From assembly GCA_963706955.1 (NCBI GenBank), contig CAVPOC010000008.1, forward strand, positions 64,001 through 128,000: a stretch of DNA of 64,000 nucleotides. Reading direction: 5' to 3'. Below, piece by piece: positions 31,529-41,067 of this stretch (positions within the stretch are counted from its first letter, which is position 1; each line of letters starts with the position of its first letter). A program made the translations under genes and the position numbers. The notes below the pieces were generated by a model. That model had not been told where the DNA came from and ran no database searches. It saw only the letters and a list, made by a program, of their open reading frames with translations. This DNA comes from an uncultured Verrucomicrobiae bacterium. Its GTDB lineage: Bacteria > Verrucomicrobiota > Verrucomicrobiia > Chthoniobacterales > Terrimicrobiaceae.

Positions 31529-32557
31529 ATGCCTGAAGACAACATCAACAAGCGAATGTATTATTTCGACCGTCAATTCTTGCGAGCCCGCGATTTCAAG
31601 GTCGAGCAGCAATATCATATCGACCGCCACCGCCGGCATAATCGCCTGCTGCATACGCCGGGAGTGGCCACGCCGCATGATCTTACGGTTATGGGTGAGG
31701 AGGGAGATCTTTTGATAACAGTGACCGCGGGCACGGCGATAGACAAAGAGGGTCGTGAAATCATACTCCTAAAGCCAAGACCAATAACTCTCCCTTTCGA
31801 ATTGGGTGAGACTCTCGAGGTTGTCATAAATTTTCAGGACAAGCCGGACGATCGGAGCAGTGATCCCGGCCTGGATGACTTCACACGGGTCACCGAAGAA
31901 CCCAATGTTCAGATCGTTGGCTCTGAGATAACACCCGAGCTCAAGCAAATGATCAATGAAGGCACCGCGTTCCGGCTGGCGAGGATGGAGGTGGTGATCG
32001 ACGACAATGCCAAAACAGCGAAGTTAAAGGCCGATCCAGACAACTCCATTCGGACCCTGGCCGGCATTGTCGCCGGCACGGGCACCACCTTCGCAACCGT
32101 TACAGCGAGCAGCCTCGAGCTCAAAAAGGGAAACACGTCAACGGTCCAAATCACAAATGATGGCGTCATAAGAAGTCCGAAATGGAAGGTGACAGAGATA
32201 TTCAAGAATAGACGCGCCGAGGCTACGGAACCCAACACGGTTTTCTTTACGAACAACAATCAATTCGAATCTGCCGGCGGCACCTTGCTGATTTTCGCGT
32301 CTGGTTCCGGGACGGCAAAACAAATTCCGGCAGGTCAATCCGTCGTCATCGGCGTGCAACTGCTATTGGACGATGCCGGTATTGGCGAAGTCCAAAGCGT
32401 CGTTAAGAACCAAGACCCCCAGCCATTTGTGACCACTTTCCTAACTGTCCGCAACGTGGCGTCAGGAATCCATAAGCTGACACTGAAAACTTTGGGAAAT
32501 ACGACGGTGGGCGGAAATGACTTTTTCAACGCCACCATCCTTGAACTGCCTTTCTGA
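31529..32557 (+). CDS. baseplate-anchored tail fibre or adaptor protein
   Basis: N-terminal KRMYYFDRQFLRARDFKVEQQYH...HNRLLHTPGV, V.AG.AID..GREI as in eCIS fibre anchors; C-terminal beta domain ending TILELPF. Confidence 0.75.
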   Translation: MPEDNINKRMYYFDRQFLRARDFKVEQQYHIDRHRRHNRLLHTPGVATPHDLTVMGEEGDLLITVTAGTAIDKEGREIILLKPRPITLPFELGETLEVVINFQDKPDDRSSDPGLDDFTRVTEEPNVQIVGSEITPELKQMINEGTAFRLARMEVVIDDNAKTAKLKADPDNSIRTLAGIVAGTGTTFATVTASSLELKKGNTSTVQITNDGVIRSPKWKVTEIFKNRRAEATEPNTVFFTNNNQFESAGGTLLIFASGSGTAKQIPAGQSVVIGVQLLLDDAGIGEVQSVVKNQDPQPFVTTFLTVRNVASGIHKLTLKTLGNTTVGGNDFFNATILELPF

Positions 32558-32608
32558 TTGTCCATTTTGAAGCTGAAGCATCACACATCATAAGATCGAA
32601 GACAGCTT

Positions 32609-34039
32609 ATGCCAATCGATCAAACTTTGCGCGGGCTAGCCCTGGAGATAAATGCATCCATTGATCCAGGCCTAGAGAAGCACCCGCTTCTCGAATATCG
32701 CTTCATTGATGGTGCCAGCACCCAAACGATTCTTGCGCGTGTCGAAGGGATACCGCAACCGGATGGTGGAGGCCAGTTGGCGTTTGAAACCAATGCGGGC
32801 GGCGATAGCACAACCCTGCGGATGCTTATTGATCGCCAAGGAAACGTGGGCATCGGGACGGAGAATCCGGCGGCTAGGTTGGATGTCGACGGCGACGCGA
32901 AGTTCCGCGGCCCGCTATCAATTGAAGGCGCTCTCACCGTAAGCGGTGTCGCGCAAATCGGTGGTGATCTGACCGTGGCGGGCAAGCTGACCGCCGCCAG
33001 CTTCGTGGGTAACGCCGAAGGATTGAGCAATATCACTCCGGCAGATAATTCGGTAACCAGCGCCAAATTAGCCCTCGATCCTGCCTCGCTTAGCAAAGTG
33101 TCAGGCGAAAGCATGGTCGCTCATGACGGCCAGATTGGAATTGGAATCCCGGCTCCTCGTTCCAAGCTGGAAGTTACAAGCGACTGGACTGGTGAACGCG
33201 GTGCGCTCGAATTGTCAGGTCACAAGCCAACGATACGACTTACAGGCGGATCGGACCTAGCAAATCGCTCCTGGATCATTCATCTTGGAGGCAATGGGCC
33301 CGGAGATTTGGAATTTTATAAGAAAAGCCCTTCAGATCGACAATGGATGTTCCGGATGGCACTCACAGAGAGTGGAATCACTAAAATTCCCAAGCTTCAA
33401 CTAGGCAATAAATGGCTTTTGTCGGGAGAGGGCGATGCGCACGCGAACGATGACTGGCTGCGTCTTTTTAGTATCCAGGGCACCGGTTATTTCGGCGGAT
33501 TTGCGGCAGAAAAGCTTTATAGCGGAACTACTACATTTACACAAAAGCTTCAATTAGGCAGTAAATGGCTTTTATCGGGAGCGGGCGATGCTCATGGGAA
33601 TGATGACTGGCTGCGTCTTTTTAATGTCCAGGGCGATGACTATTTCGGCGGATTTGCAGCAGCGAAGCTTTATAGCATAGGGGGTACCGTTCACGGATCA
33701 GACCTTCGCTTAAAGGCAGACGTCTCTTCGCTGGAGCGCATGGTCGATAAAATTCTCGCTTTGCGCGGTGTGCGTTTCAAGTGGCGCAATGCGAGAGACG
33801 AAGATTCTTATCGAATTGGTCTAATTGCACAGGAGGTTGAACGCGTGCTCCCGGAAGTAGTAGAAACAGGGCCAGACGGTATGAAAGGCATTAACGCAGC
33901 CGGACTTGTCGCTGCCATTATCACTGCCATTAAAGACCAGCAGGCCGAACTTAGCGCACTGCGGACCGAATTTGCTCTCTTCACCCTGCGTAAGAGGAAG
34001 GATCCGCGAACGACGTGCCGACCAGCCGATGCTTGTTGA
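32609..34039 (+). CDS. fibre-like protein F1 (MPIDQ module; peptidase S74 chaperone C-terminus)
   Basis: Shared N-module; GNVGIGT repeats; SDLRLK..I.ALRGVRFKW..IGLIAQEVE.VLPE. Confidence 0.85.
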   Translation: MPIDQTLRGLALEINASIDPGLEKHPLLEYRFIDGASTQTILARVEGIPQPDGGGQLAFETNAGGDSTTLRMLIDRQGNVGIGTENPAARLDVDGDAKFRGPLSIEGALTVSGVAQIGGDLTVAGKLTAASFVGNAEGLSNITPADNSVTSAKLALDPASLSKVSGESMVAHDGQIGIGIPAPRSKLEVTSDWTGERGALELSGHKPTIRLTGGSDLANRSWIIHLGGNGPGDLEFYKKSPSDRQWMFRMALTESGITKIPKLQLGNKWLLSGEGDAHANDDWLRLFSIQGTGYFGGFAAEKLYSGTTTFTQKLQLGSKWLLSGAGDAHGNDDWLRLFNVQGDDYFGGFAAAKLYSIGGTVHGSDLRLKADVSSLERMVDKILALRGVRFKWRNARDEDSYRIGLIAQEVERVLPEVVETGPDGMKGINAAGLVAAIITAIKDQQAELSALRTEFALFTLRKRKDPRTTCRPADAC

Positions 34040-34195
34040 CAATCACGGTAGAATCGTCATCGGATGGAGAGGAAATTGCCTCGTTGCATGTGGTCGTGGC
34101 ATTGAGTTCGTCAGGGATGCCGCCGTGGCAGCGGTGAGAAGCATGTGAGAACCGTACTCTCGCCATCAAAATCGACCTCAGACAGGAGATAGCTT

Positions 34196-35452
34196 ATGCC
34201 GATCGATCAGACCATACGTGGCCTTGCTTTAGAAATAGATGCATCCACCGATGCAGGACCGGAAACGCAGCCGCTCCTCGAATATCGCTTCATCGATAGT
34301 GCCAGCACCCAAACGATTCTCGCTCGCGTCATAGGTATACCGCAAGCCAATGGGGGAGGAAAGTTGGCCTTTGAAACTAACGCGGGAGCTGCTGCCACGA
34401 CCCAGCGGATGCTTATCGACAACAATGGCAATGTCGGCATCGGAACGGCCAGTCCCGGAGCCAGATTGGATGTCGCCGGTGACGCGAGGTTCAGCGGACC
34501 ATTGTCACTTCAAGGCGCTCTCAAAGTGGATGGCGTCGCGCAAATGGGTGGTGATTTTGAGGTGGCCGGCGACGGAAAGTTTAGCGGGACGCTCAGCGTC
34601 CAGGGAGCTTTCACGACAAGTGGCGCCGCGAGAATTGGTGGAGACTTGACAGTAACGGGCAGGCTGGCTGCAGCCACTCTCACCGGCGATGGTGCCGGAC
34701 TAAGCAACGTGACACCAGCAGACAATTCGATAACTAGCGCCAAACTAGCCCAGGATCCCGCTTCAATCTCCAAAATCACGGATGGAAAGATAGCCGTTAA
34801 CGCTGACAGATTGGATCTGACCGGCCACACGACCTTGAACGGTTCAATAAACATCCTCAGGGGGCTCACAGCCGGGTCTTTCGAGCAGAATCCCAACTCC
34901 CAAATTTACGGGAATCTGCACGTCCAGGGGAGGTTAACTGCCGGTGTAAAGACGTTCCGGATCGATCACCCACTTGACCCTGAGAACAAGTATTTATCTC
35001 ATTCCTCAGTCGAATCTCCGGACGTGATGAACATCTACAATGGCAACATCACCACGGATACGCAGGGCAATGCGACGGTAGTTTTGCCTGATTACTTCGA
35101 GGCTTTGAACCGAGACTTTCGTTACCAGTTGACGGTAATCGGCAAGCGTGCACAGGCAACTGTCGCTAGCGAAATCGAAAACAACCGCTTTACCATTAGC
35201 ACCGATCTGCCCTACGTGAAGGTCTCGTGGCAAGTGACGGGTGTTCGACAAGATGCTTCCGCTAGAGCTTTTCCGAATTCGGTGGAGGAAGAAAAGCCTG
35301 AGGCTGAGCGCGGTTTGTTCCTGCACCCGGACCATTATGGCTATCCCAGGGAGCGGGGAATCGCTTTCGCGCGGCATCCAGACCGTATGCACCACCCGCC
35401 CGCGGAGCGGCCAAACCTAGTGCCATGCCATAACGCCGCGGCCATCGAGTAA
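34196..35452 (+). CDS. fibre-like protein F2 (MPIDQ module; KxFxIDHPLDP-type C-terminus)
   Basis: Shared N-module with a duplicated 30-aa shaft repeat; KTFRIDHPLDPENKYLSHSSVESP..LPDYFEALN.DFRYQLTVIG..VSWQVTG.R. Confidence 0.85.
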   Translation: MPIDQTIRGLALEIDASTDAGPETQPLLEYRFIDSASTQTILARVIGIPQANGGGKLAFETNAGAAATTQRMLIDNNGNVGIGTASPGARLDVAGDARFSGPLSLQGALKVDGVAQMGGDFEVAGDGKFSGTLSVQGAFTTSGAARIGGDLTVTGRLAAATLTGDGAGLSNVTPADNSITSAKLAQDPASISKITDGKIAVNADRLDLTGHTTLNGSINILRGLTAGSFEQNPNSQIYGNLHVQGRLTAGVKTFRIDHPLDPENKYLSHSSVESPDVMNIYNGNITTDTQGNATVVLPDYFEALNRDFRYQLTVIGKRAQATVASEIENNRFTISTDLPYVKVSWQVTGVRQDASARAFPNSVEEEKPEAERGLFLHPDHYGYPRERGIAFARHPDRMHHPPAERPNLVPCHNAAAIE

Positions 35453-35490
35453 TTGACTTCTCTCCATGGTCTGAAGAAAAAAGAAAGCTT

Positions 35491-36354
35491 ATGCCCATCG
35501 ATCAAACCTTTCGTGGTCTTGCGCTGGAAATAGATGCGTCCTCTGATCCCGCGCCCGCAGCCCATCCGCTCCTCGAATACCGGTTCATTGATCTAGCCAG
35601 CACCCAAACGATACTTGCACGTATCATCGGAATACCGCAACCGAATGGTCGAGGCCAGTTGGCCTTCGAAACTAATGCGGGAGCTGCTGCCACGACCGAG
35701 CGAATGCTAATCGACAGCAATGGCAACGTGGGCATTGGAACTGAGAATCCCGGAGCCAGATTGGATGTCGCCGGTGACGCGAAGTTTAGCGGACCATTGT
35801 CAATTCAAGGTGCTCTCAGAGTGGAGGGTGTCGCACAAGTCGGTGGAGATCTAAGCGTGACGGGCAAGCTGACCGCCGGCAGCTTCGCCGGCGACGCCGC
35901 AGGATTGAGCAATGTCACACCGGCGAATGGCTCCGTAACCAGCGCCAAACTAGCGTTCGATGCTGCCTCGCTCAGCAAAGTCTCGGGCGGCAAGATGGTC
36001 GTCCAAGGAGATACTGTCGCCATACGCGGACAACTCGAGGTCAACGGAGCTGTCAAGTTTCAAGGGTCCGGGTCGACCACGCCCGGCTCCACCGACTGGC
36101 AGCCTTACCCCGGCAACATCGGCATCTACCTGGACGTGGACACCAGCGCCGGCCAGTTCACCACCACGCCCAAGTATTTTACGTCGCTCGGCGGCAACTC
36201 GCACCACTGGGCGACCACCGGCGTCACCTCTATCTACACGCCTTCGCCCACGGGCTTTCGGGTGTACGTGCGCTGGGCGGACGGCAGCGCCCTGACGCCA
36301 GAGTTTGCCAATTCCCTCCAATGGCACGTTAATTGGCTCGGAGTCGAAGCCTAG
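35491..36354 (+). CDS. fibre-like protein F3 (MPIDQ module; Trp/Tyr-rich tip domain)
   Basis: Shared N-module; C-terminal WQPY..GIYLDVDTS...YFTSLGG.SHHW..TG..SIY.....GFRVYVRW...WHVNWLG; no chaperone domain. Confidence 0.85.
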   Translation: MPIDQTFRGLALEIDASSDPAPAAHPLLEYRFIDLASTQTILARIIGIPQPNGRGQLAFETNAGAAATTERMLIDSNGNVGIGTENPGARLDVAGDAKFSGPLSIQGALRVEGVAQVGGDLSVTGKLTAGSFAGDAAGLSNVTPANGSVTSAKLAFDAASLSKVSGGKMVVQGDTVAIRGQLEVNGAVKFQGSGSTTPGSTDWQPYPGNIGIYLDVDTSAGQFTTTPKYFTSLGGNSHHWATTGVTSIYTPSPTGFRVYVRWADGSALTPEFANSLQWHVNWLGVEA

Positions 36355-36454
36355 CGGAACGGGTTATTGCGAGTCTATGTTCCAGGTGCGCTGCAGAAAC
36401 CAGGCAAGTTGTGTGGCCTTTGCGTTGAGCACGCGGAATCCGCAAGGGACCCGG

Positions 36455-36663
36455 ATCCGGCAAGATGTCTCAGCGAAGGCGTTTCCGAATTCGGTGGAGC
36501 AAGAGAAGCCTGAGGCCATGCGCGGTTTGTTCCTCCACCCGGAACATTATGGCTATCCGAGAAAGCGGGGCATCGATTTGACACGCCAGCCAGATCGTAT
36601 GCACGATCCCCGGCACCGCGGCCACGCCTTGTACCATGCCCTGGCGCTGCGTCCATCGAGTAA
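36455..36663 (+). pseudogene. orphaned 3' end of an F2-type fibre gene
   Basis: Encodes RQDVSAKAFPNSVEQEKPEAMRGLFLHPEHYGYPRKRGI, nearly identical to the F2 C-terminus RQDASARAFPNSVEEEKPEAERGLFLHPDHYGYPRERGI. Confidence 0.8.
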
Positions 36664-36691
36664 CTAGTTTTCTCCATAGTCAAAAAAAATC

Positions 36692-38155
36692 ATGCCCATC
36701 GATCAAACCTTGCGCGGCCTTGCTCTGGAAATAGATGCATCGCTCGATCCCGTACCCGAAGCTCAGCCGCTCCTCGAGTACCGATTCATCGATCTTGCCA
36801 GCACTCAAACCATCCTTGCGCGAATCAAAGGGGTTCCGCAACCCAATGGTCGAGGCCAATTGGCCTTTGAAACTAACGCGGGAGCGACCGCCACCACCCA
36901 ACGAATGGTTATTGACCATAATGGCAACGTCGGCATTGGAACTGAGAATCCCGGAGCCAGATTGGATGTCGCCGGTGACGCGAAGTTTAGCGGACCATTG
37001 TCGGTGCAAGGTGCGCTCAGGGTGGAGGGCGTTGCGCAGGTCGCTGGTGATTTAAGCGTGACGGGCAAGTTGACCGCCGCCAGCTTTGCCGGTGATGGAG
37101 GAGAGTTGAGCAATGTCCGACCAAGGAACGATTCGGTCGGAGGTGCGCAACTGGCAAGCGACCCGGAATCTCTGAGCAAAGTGTCGGGCGGCAAGATCAT
37201 CGTTAAAGGGGACCGGGTTGGTGTGGGCATGCAAAATCCCGACGGCGATTGCGTCTTTGCCGTGGGAGCTCGTATGAAGGTCCACCAAGGAGACAGTAAC
37301 AGCGCTGGGATTTGGTTTGCTCAAAAAGGAGCAGACCTTCACGCTTCGGCTTTTGTTGGCATGGCAGATGACAACACAATAGGGTTCTACGGCCATGGAG
37401 TGGGATGGGGTCTGAAGATGAGAGGGGATGACGGCTCGGTTACCCTGGCTGGTGCGCTAAGTGTCGGAGGCAAAGTCAGTCTCGCTTCCCTGGGCGTCAG
37501 TGGAGAAATCCGCGTTGCCGGCCGGGATCCCGTCATTGGCGGAGAAGCTCTGCGTTCCACCTTTGGCCGGAGACGATCCGGTGGTTCCTTCGCTCTGAGG
37601 CAGACTTTTCACGATGTGGATATCAATGGCGAAGTCCATTGTAACAAAATTACCACTCCGGCCGGTAAGGGCTTTAAGATAGATCACCCTCTGGATCCCG
37701 AGAACCGGAATCTGTATCACTGGTGCGTCGAATCGCCCGACATAATGAACATCTACAATGGCAATGTGATTACCGACGTTCGTGGTAAAGCGACCGTGGT
37801 GTTGCCGGAGTACTTCGAGGCATTAAACGAGGATTTTCGCTATCAGTTAACCGTCATCGGCCAGACCTCAGTGGCCACGGTCGAACGTGAAATAGAAAAC
37901 AACACATTTACGATTCGAACCGACAAGCCGGAAGTGAAGGTATCCTGGCAGGTGACAGGTCGGCGGCAGGATCCCGCCATCCGCGCGAATCCTCTGCCTG
38001 TGGAGGAAGAGAAGCGCGGAACCGAGCGTGGGTTTGTTGCTTATCCGCAAAATAGAAAGCAGAACAAATTTTCCCTTACCGGTTTCGATAGCGGCCAGGT
38101 AATCGTCAAGACGGAGGAAGGCTGCGAGCATCCCCTGCCCGTGGCTTATTCTTAG
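36692..38155 (+). CDS. fibre-like protein F4 (MPIDQ module; KxFxIDHPLDP-type C-terminus)
   Basis: Shared N-module; unique middle (SAGIWF..AFVGMADDNTIGFYG..GWGL); GFKIDHPLDPENRNLYH.CVESP. Confidence 0.85.
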   Translation: MPIDQTLRGLALEIDASLDPVPEAQPLLEYRFIDLASTQTILARIKGVPQPNGRGQLAFETNAGATATTQRMVIDHNGNVGIGTENPGARLDVAGDAKFSGPLSVQGALRVEGVAQVAGDLSVTGKLTAASFAGDGGELSNVRPRNDSVGGAQLASDPESLSKVSGGKIIVKGDRVGVGMQNPDGDCVFAVGARMKVHQGDSNSAGIWFAQKGADLHASAFVGMADDNTIGFYGHGVGWGLKMRGDDGSVTLAGALSVGGKVSLASLGVSGEIRVAGRDPVIGGEALRSTFGRRRSGGSFALRQTFHDVDINGEVHCNKITTPAGKGFKIDHPLDPENRNLYHWCVESPDIMNIYNGNVITDVRGKATVVLPEYFEALNEDFRYQLTVIGQTSVATVEREIENNTFTIRTDKPEVKVSWQVTGRRQDPAIRANPLPVEEEKRGTERGFVAYPQNRKQNKFSLTGFDSGQVIVKTEEGCEHPLPVAYS

Positions 38156-38346
38156 GCGAGATCTCGTAACACATGGGACCGAGACATCAGTTTGACAAGG
38201 ACCCGCGATCATGCCGACTTTTCATAAGTGTTTTAACATGCACGGCAATCGAATCGTCTCGGAAAGGCTCTAAGGGAAAGTGAGACTTTTCTCTCTGAGA
38301 CTTGTTTCGTAGTCGTTGGAATTCCTCCCGCAGAAAAAAGACAATT

Positions 38347-40086
38347 ATGCCCATCGATCAAACCTTGCGCGGCCTTGCTCTGGAAATAGATGCATCGCTC
38401 GATCCCGCACCCGAAGCTCAGCCGCTCCTCGAATACCGGTTTATTGATTTAGCCAGTACCCAAACGATACTTGCGCGTATCACCGGAATACCGCAACCCA
38501 ATGGTGGAGGCCAGTTGGCCTTTGAAACTAATGCCGGATCGACTGCCACGACCCAGCGGATGCTTATCGACAACAATGGCAATGTCGGCATCGGAACGGC
38601 AAGTCCCGGAGCTAGATTGGATGTGGCCGGTGACGCGAAGTTCAGCGGACCGCTATCCATTCAAGGTGCTCTGTCAGTAGAAGGGACCGCGCAAATTGGT
38701 GGTGATTTGAGCGTGACGGGCAAACTGAGCGCCGCCAGCTTTGCCGGCGATGCAGCCGGATTGAGCAATGTCATACCGGCAGACAACTCCGTAACCAACG
38801 CCAAATTGGCCTTGGATCCCGCCTCGCTCAGCAAAGTGTCGCACGAGGTGATGGTTGCTAGTGAAGCTAATATTGGAATTGGGGCATCCGCTCCGCGGTC
38901 CAAACTGGAAGTCACAAGCGACTGGACCGGTGAACGCGGTGCGCTCGAGGTGTCTGGTCACAAGCCAACGATACGATTTACCGGCGGATCGGATTTAGCA
39001 GAACGCTCCTGGATCATTCATCTTGGAGGCAATGGACCCGGAGATTTGGAATTCTATACAAAAACCCCTTCCGATGCAAATTGGGCTGCCCGCATGCTGC
39101 TGACGCAGCACGGGGTGAACGTCGTTGGATCACTTTCCGGAACGAGCAATAACCCAGGGCTTGCCGGCGTTCACGGTGTGCACACGGCCGGCCAAGCGGC
39201 CGTCATCGGAACGAGCGATGCGGGACGCGGTGTCCTTGGAATCAGCAAAACTGGACAGGGCGTCTGGGGGGCGAGCGAGTCGTCAGCAGGTGTGGTGGGA
39301 GTGAGCGTGAAAGGGGAAGCTTTCAGAGGGGAAGGAGTTTCCGGTGTCGTGGGAATAGGCAAGGGCTGGGTGGGGGTTTACGGGGAAACTAACGGAGCGC
39401 GAAACGTTGGCCCGGCCGGCGTGTGGGGCGAGGGAAAACAATCGGGAGACGGCGTCAAGGGAGTGACCAGCGCCGCCAACGCTGCGGGAGTTGCGGCATT
39501 TCACCTCACCAATCAGGGGCCAGGCATTTTCGCGCAAGGTGCCCCAGCCGGACTCTTCAACGGAGATGTGACTATCAACGGAAGGTTGCGTGCTTCTGTT
39601 AAATCATTCGTGATTGACCACCCGCTCGACCCAGCCAACAAGTACCTCTCTCATTCCTCGGTCGAATCTCCTGACTTGATGAACATCTACAGTGGCGAGG
39701 CTGTCACCGACAGCGAGGGTCACGCGACTATCACGTTGCCTGACTATTTTGGCGCCTTGAATCGTGATTTCCGTTATCAATTGACGGTAATCGGAAAGTT
39801 CGCGCAGGCGATCGTAGCCAGCGGAATCGAAAACAACCGCTTTTCTATCAAAACTGACCAGCCCGACGTGAAGGTCTCATGGCAAGTAACCGGCATCCGT
39901 CAGGACGCTTCCGCCCGGGCGCTTCCCACCCGCGTCGAAGAAGAGAAACCTGCAGCTGAGCGTGGTTTGTTCTTGCATCCCGAACATTACGGTCATCCCA
40001 GTGACCGCGGAATCGCTTCCAAACATTATACAGAGGCGACGCAAGAGCGGCCGACACTGCAGAACATCCCCAGTTTATCGCAATAG
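38347..40086 (+). CDS. fibre-like protein F5 (MPIDQ module; GVxG glycine-rich repeats; KxFxIDHPLDP-type C-terminus)
   Basis: ATG38347 MPIDQ; module shared with F1; GVHG/GVLG/GVWG/GVVG/GVYG repeats; KSFVIDHPLDPANKYLSHSSVESP. Confidence 0.85.
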   Translation: MPIDQTLRGLALEIDASLDPAPEAQPLLEYRFIDLASTQTILARITGIPQPNGGGQLAFETNAGSTATTQRMLIDNNGNVGIGTASPGARLDVAGDAKFSGPLSIQGALSVEGTAQIGGDLSVTGKLSAASFAGDAAGLSNVIPADNSVTNAKLALDPASLSKVSHEVMVASEANIGIGASAPRSKLEVTSDWTGERGALEVSGHKPTIRFTGGSDLAERSWIIHLGGNGPGDLEFYTKTPSDANWAARMLLTQHGVNVVGSLSGTSNNPGLAGVHGVHTAGQAAVIGTSDAGRGVLGISKTGQGVWGASESSAGVVGVSVKGEAFRGEGVSGVVGIGKGWVGVYGETNGARNVGPAGVWGEGKQSGDGVKGVTSAANAAGVAAFHLTNQGPGIFAQGAPAGLFNGDVTINGRLRASVKSFVIDHPLDPANKYLSHSSVESPDLMNIYSGEAVTDSEGHATITLPDYFGALNRDFRYQLTVIGKFAQAIVASGIENNRFSIKTDQPDVKVSWQVTGIRQDASARALPTRVEEEKPAAERGLFLHPEHYGHPSDRGIASKHYTEATQERPTLQNIPSLSQ

Positions 40087-40155
40087 GGCCCTGGGCCGCT
40101 CCCATCGGGAACCCTGCAATCCTAAGACTACCTCGCTGAGAAAGCAGACAGCTCT

Positions 40156-41010
40156 ATGCCAATTGATCAAAGCTTGCGCGGACTTGCTCTGGAAATCGAC
40201 GCATCACTCGATCCCGCACCCGAAGCCCAGCCGCTCCTCGAATACCGGTTCATCGATCTTGCCAGCACCCAAACAATTCTTGCGCGTATCAAAGGAATAC
40301 CGCAACCCAACGGTGGAGGCGAGTTGGCCTTTGACACAAATGCGGGAGGCAATGCCACGAGCCAGCGGATGCTTATTGATAGTAAGGGCAATGTCGGCAT
40401 TGGAACGGAAAATCCGGCGGCCAGATTGGATGTCGCCGGTGACGCGAAGTTCAGCGGACCGTTGTCAGTTCGAGGTGCTCTCACCGTAGATGGTGACACG
40501 CAAATCGGCGGTGATTTGAGCGTAACGGGTTCGCTCACCATAGCCGGCACGAACCTCAGGTTGACAAAAGCGGATTCGGCACGAGCGGTCGAAATCACCG
40601 GTGAAGGCGCAGTGATCAGTCCGATGTGGACTGTGACCCAGGTGTATTTGAATGAGCAGGCGACATCCACACCGTTCCCTGTCCCAGGCCAGCCTATTTG
40701 TTCTCCGAAGCCATTCACAACCGGAGGTGGCACCTTGCTGATTCTGGCGTCGGGGTCGGGAGCCGCACTCTCAGGGGTGCCGGGACCCATAATTATTGGA
40801 ATGGACTTGTTGCTTGACGATCGTCACGTGGGTAGCGTCCTTAGCCGCGTCAATAACATGACCGAGGCCAAACCATTTATGACCAGCGGTCTGGTGGTTC
40901 GCGGAATCGCTTCGGGATCCCATACCCTTACGCTGAAGACCGCTCCGTCGACGGTCGTTGGCCGCAACGATTTCTTTAATGTGACAATCCTTGAATTGCC
41001 GTTTCAGTAA
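40156..41010 (+). CDS. fibre-like protein F6 (MPIDQ module; tip homologous to that of 31529..32557)
   Basis: SPMWTVTQV..GGGTLLILASGSG..IGMDLLLDD..HTLTLKT..VGRNDFFNVTILELPF. Confidence 0.85.
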   Translation: MPIDQSLRGLALEIDASLDPAPEAQPLLEYRFIDLASTQTILARIKGIPQPNGGGELAFDTNAGGNATSQRMLIDSKGNVGIGTENPAARLDVAGDAKFSGPLSVRGALTVDGDTQIGGDLSVTGSLTIAGTNLRLTKADSARAVEITGEGAVISPMWTVTQVYLNEQATSTPFPVPGQPICSPKPFTTGGGTLLILASGSGAALSGVPGPIIIGMDLLLDDRHVGSVLSRVNNMTEAKPFMTSGLVVRGIASGSHTLTLKTAPSTVVGRNDFFNVTILELPFQ

Positions 41011-41067
41011 GCATCCAATCGCGACACCAGCAGCACCGATTAAACGACCTAAGGAAGGAGACAGCTT

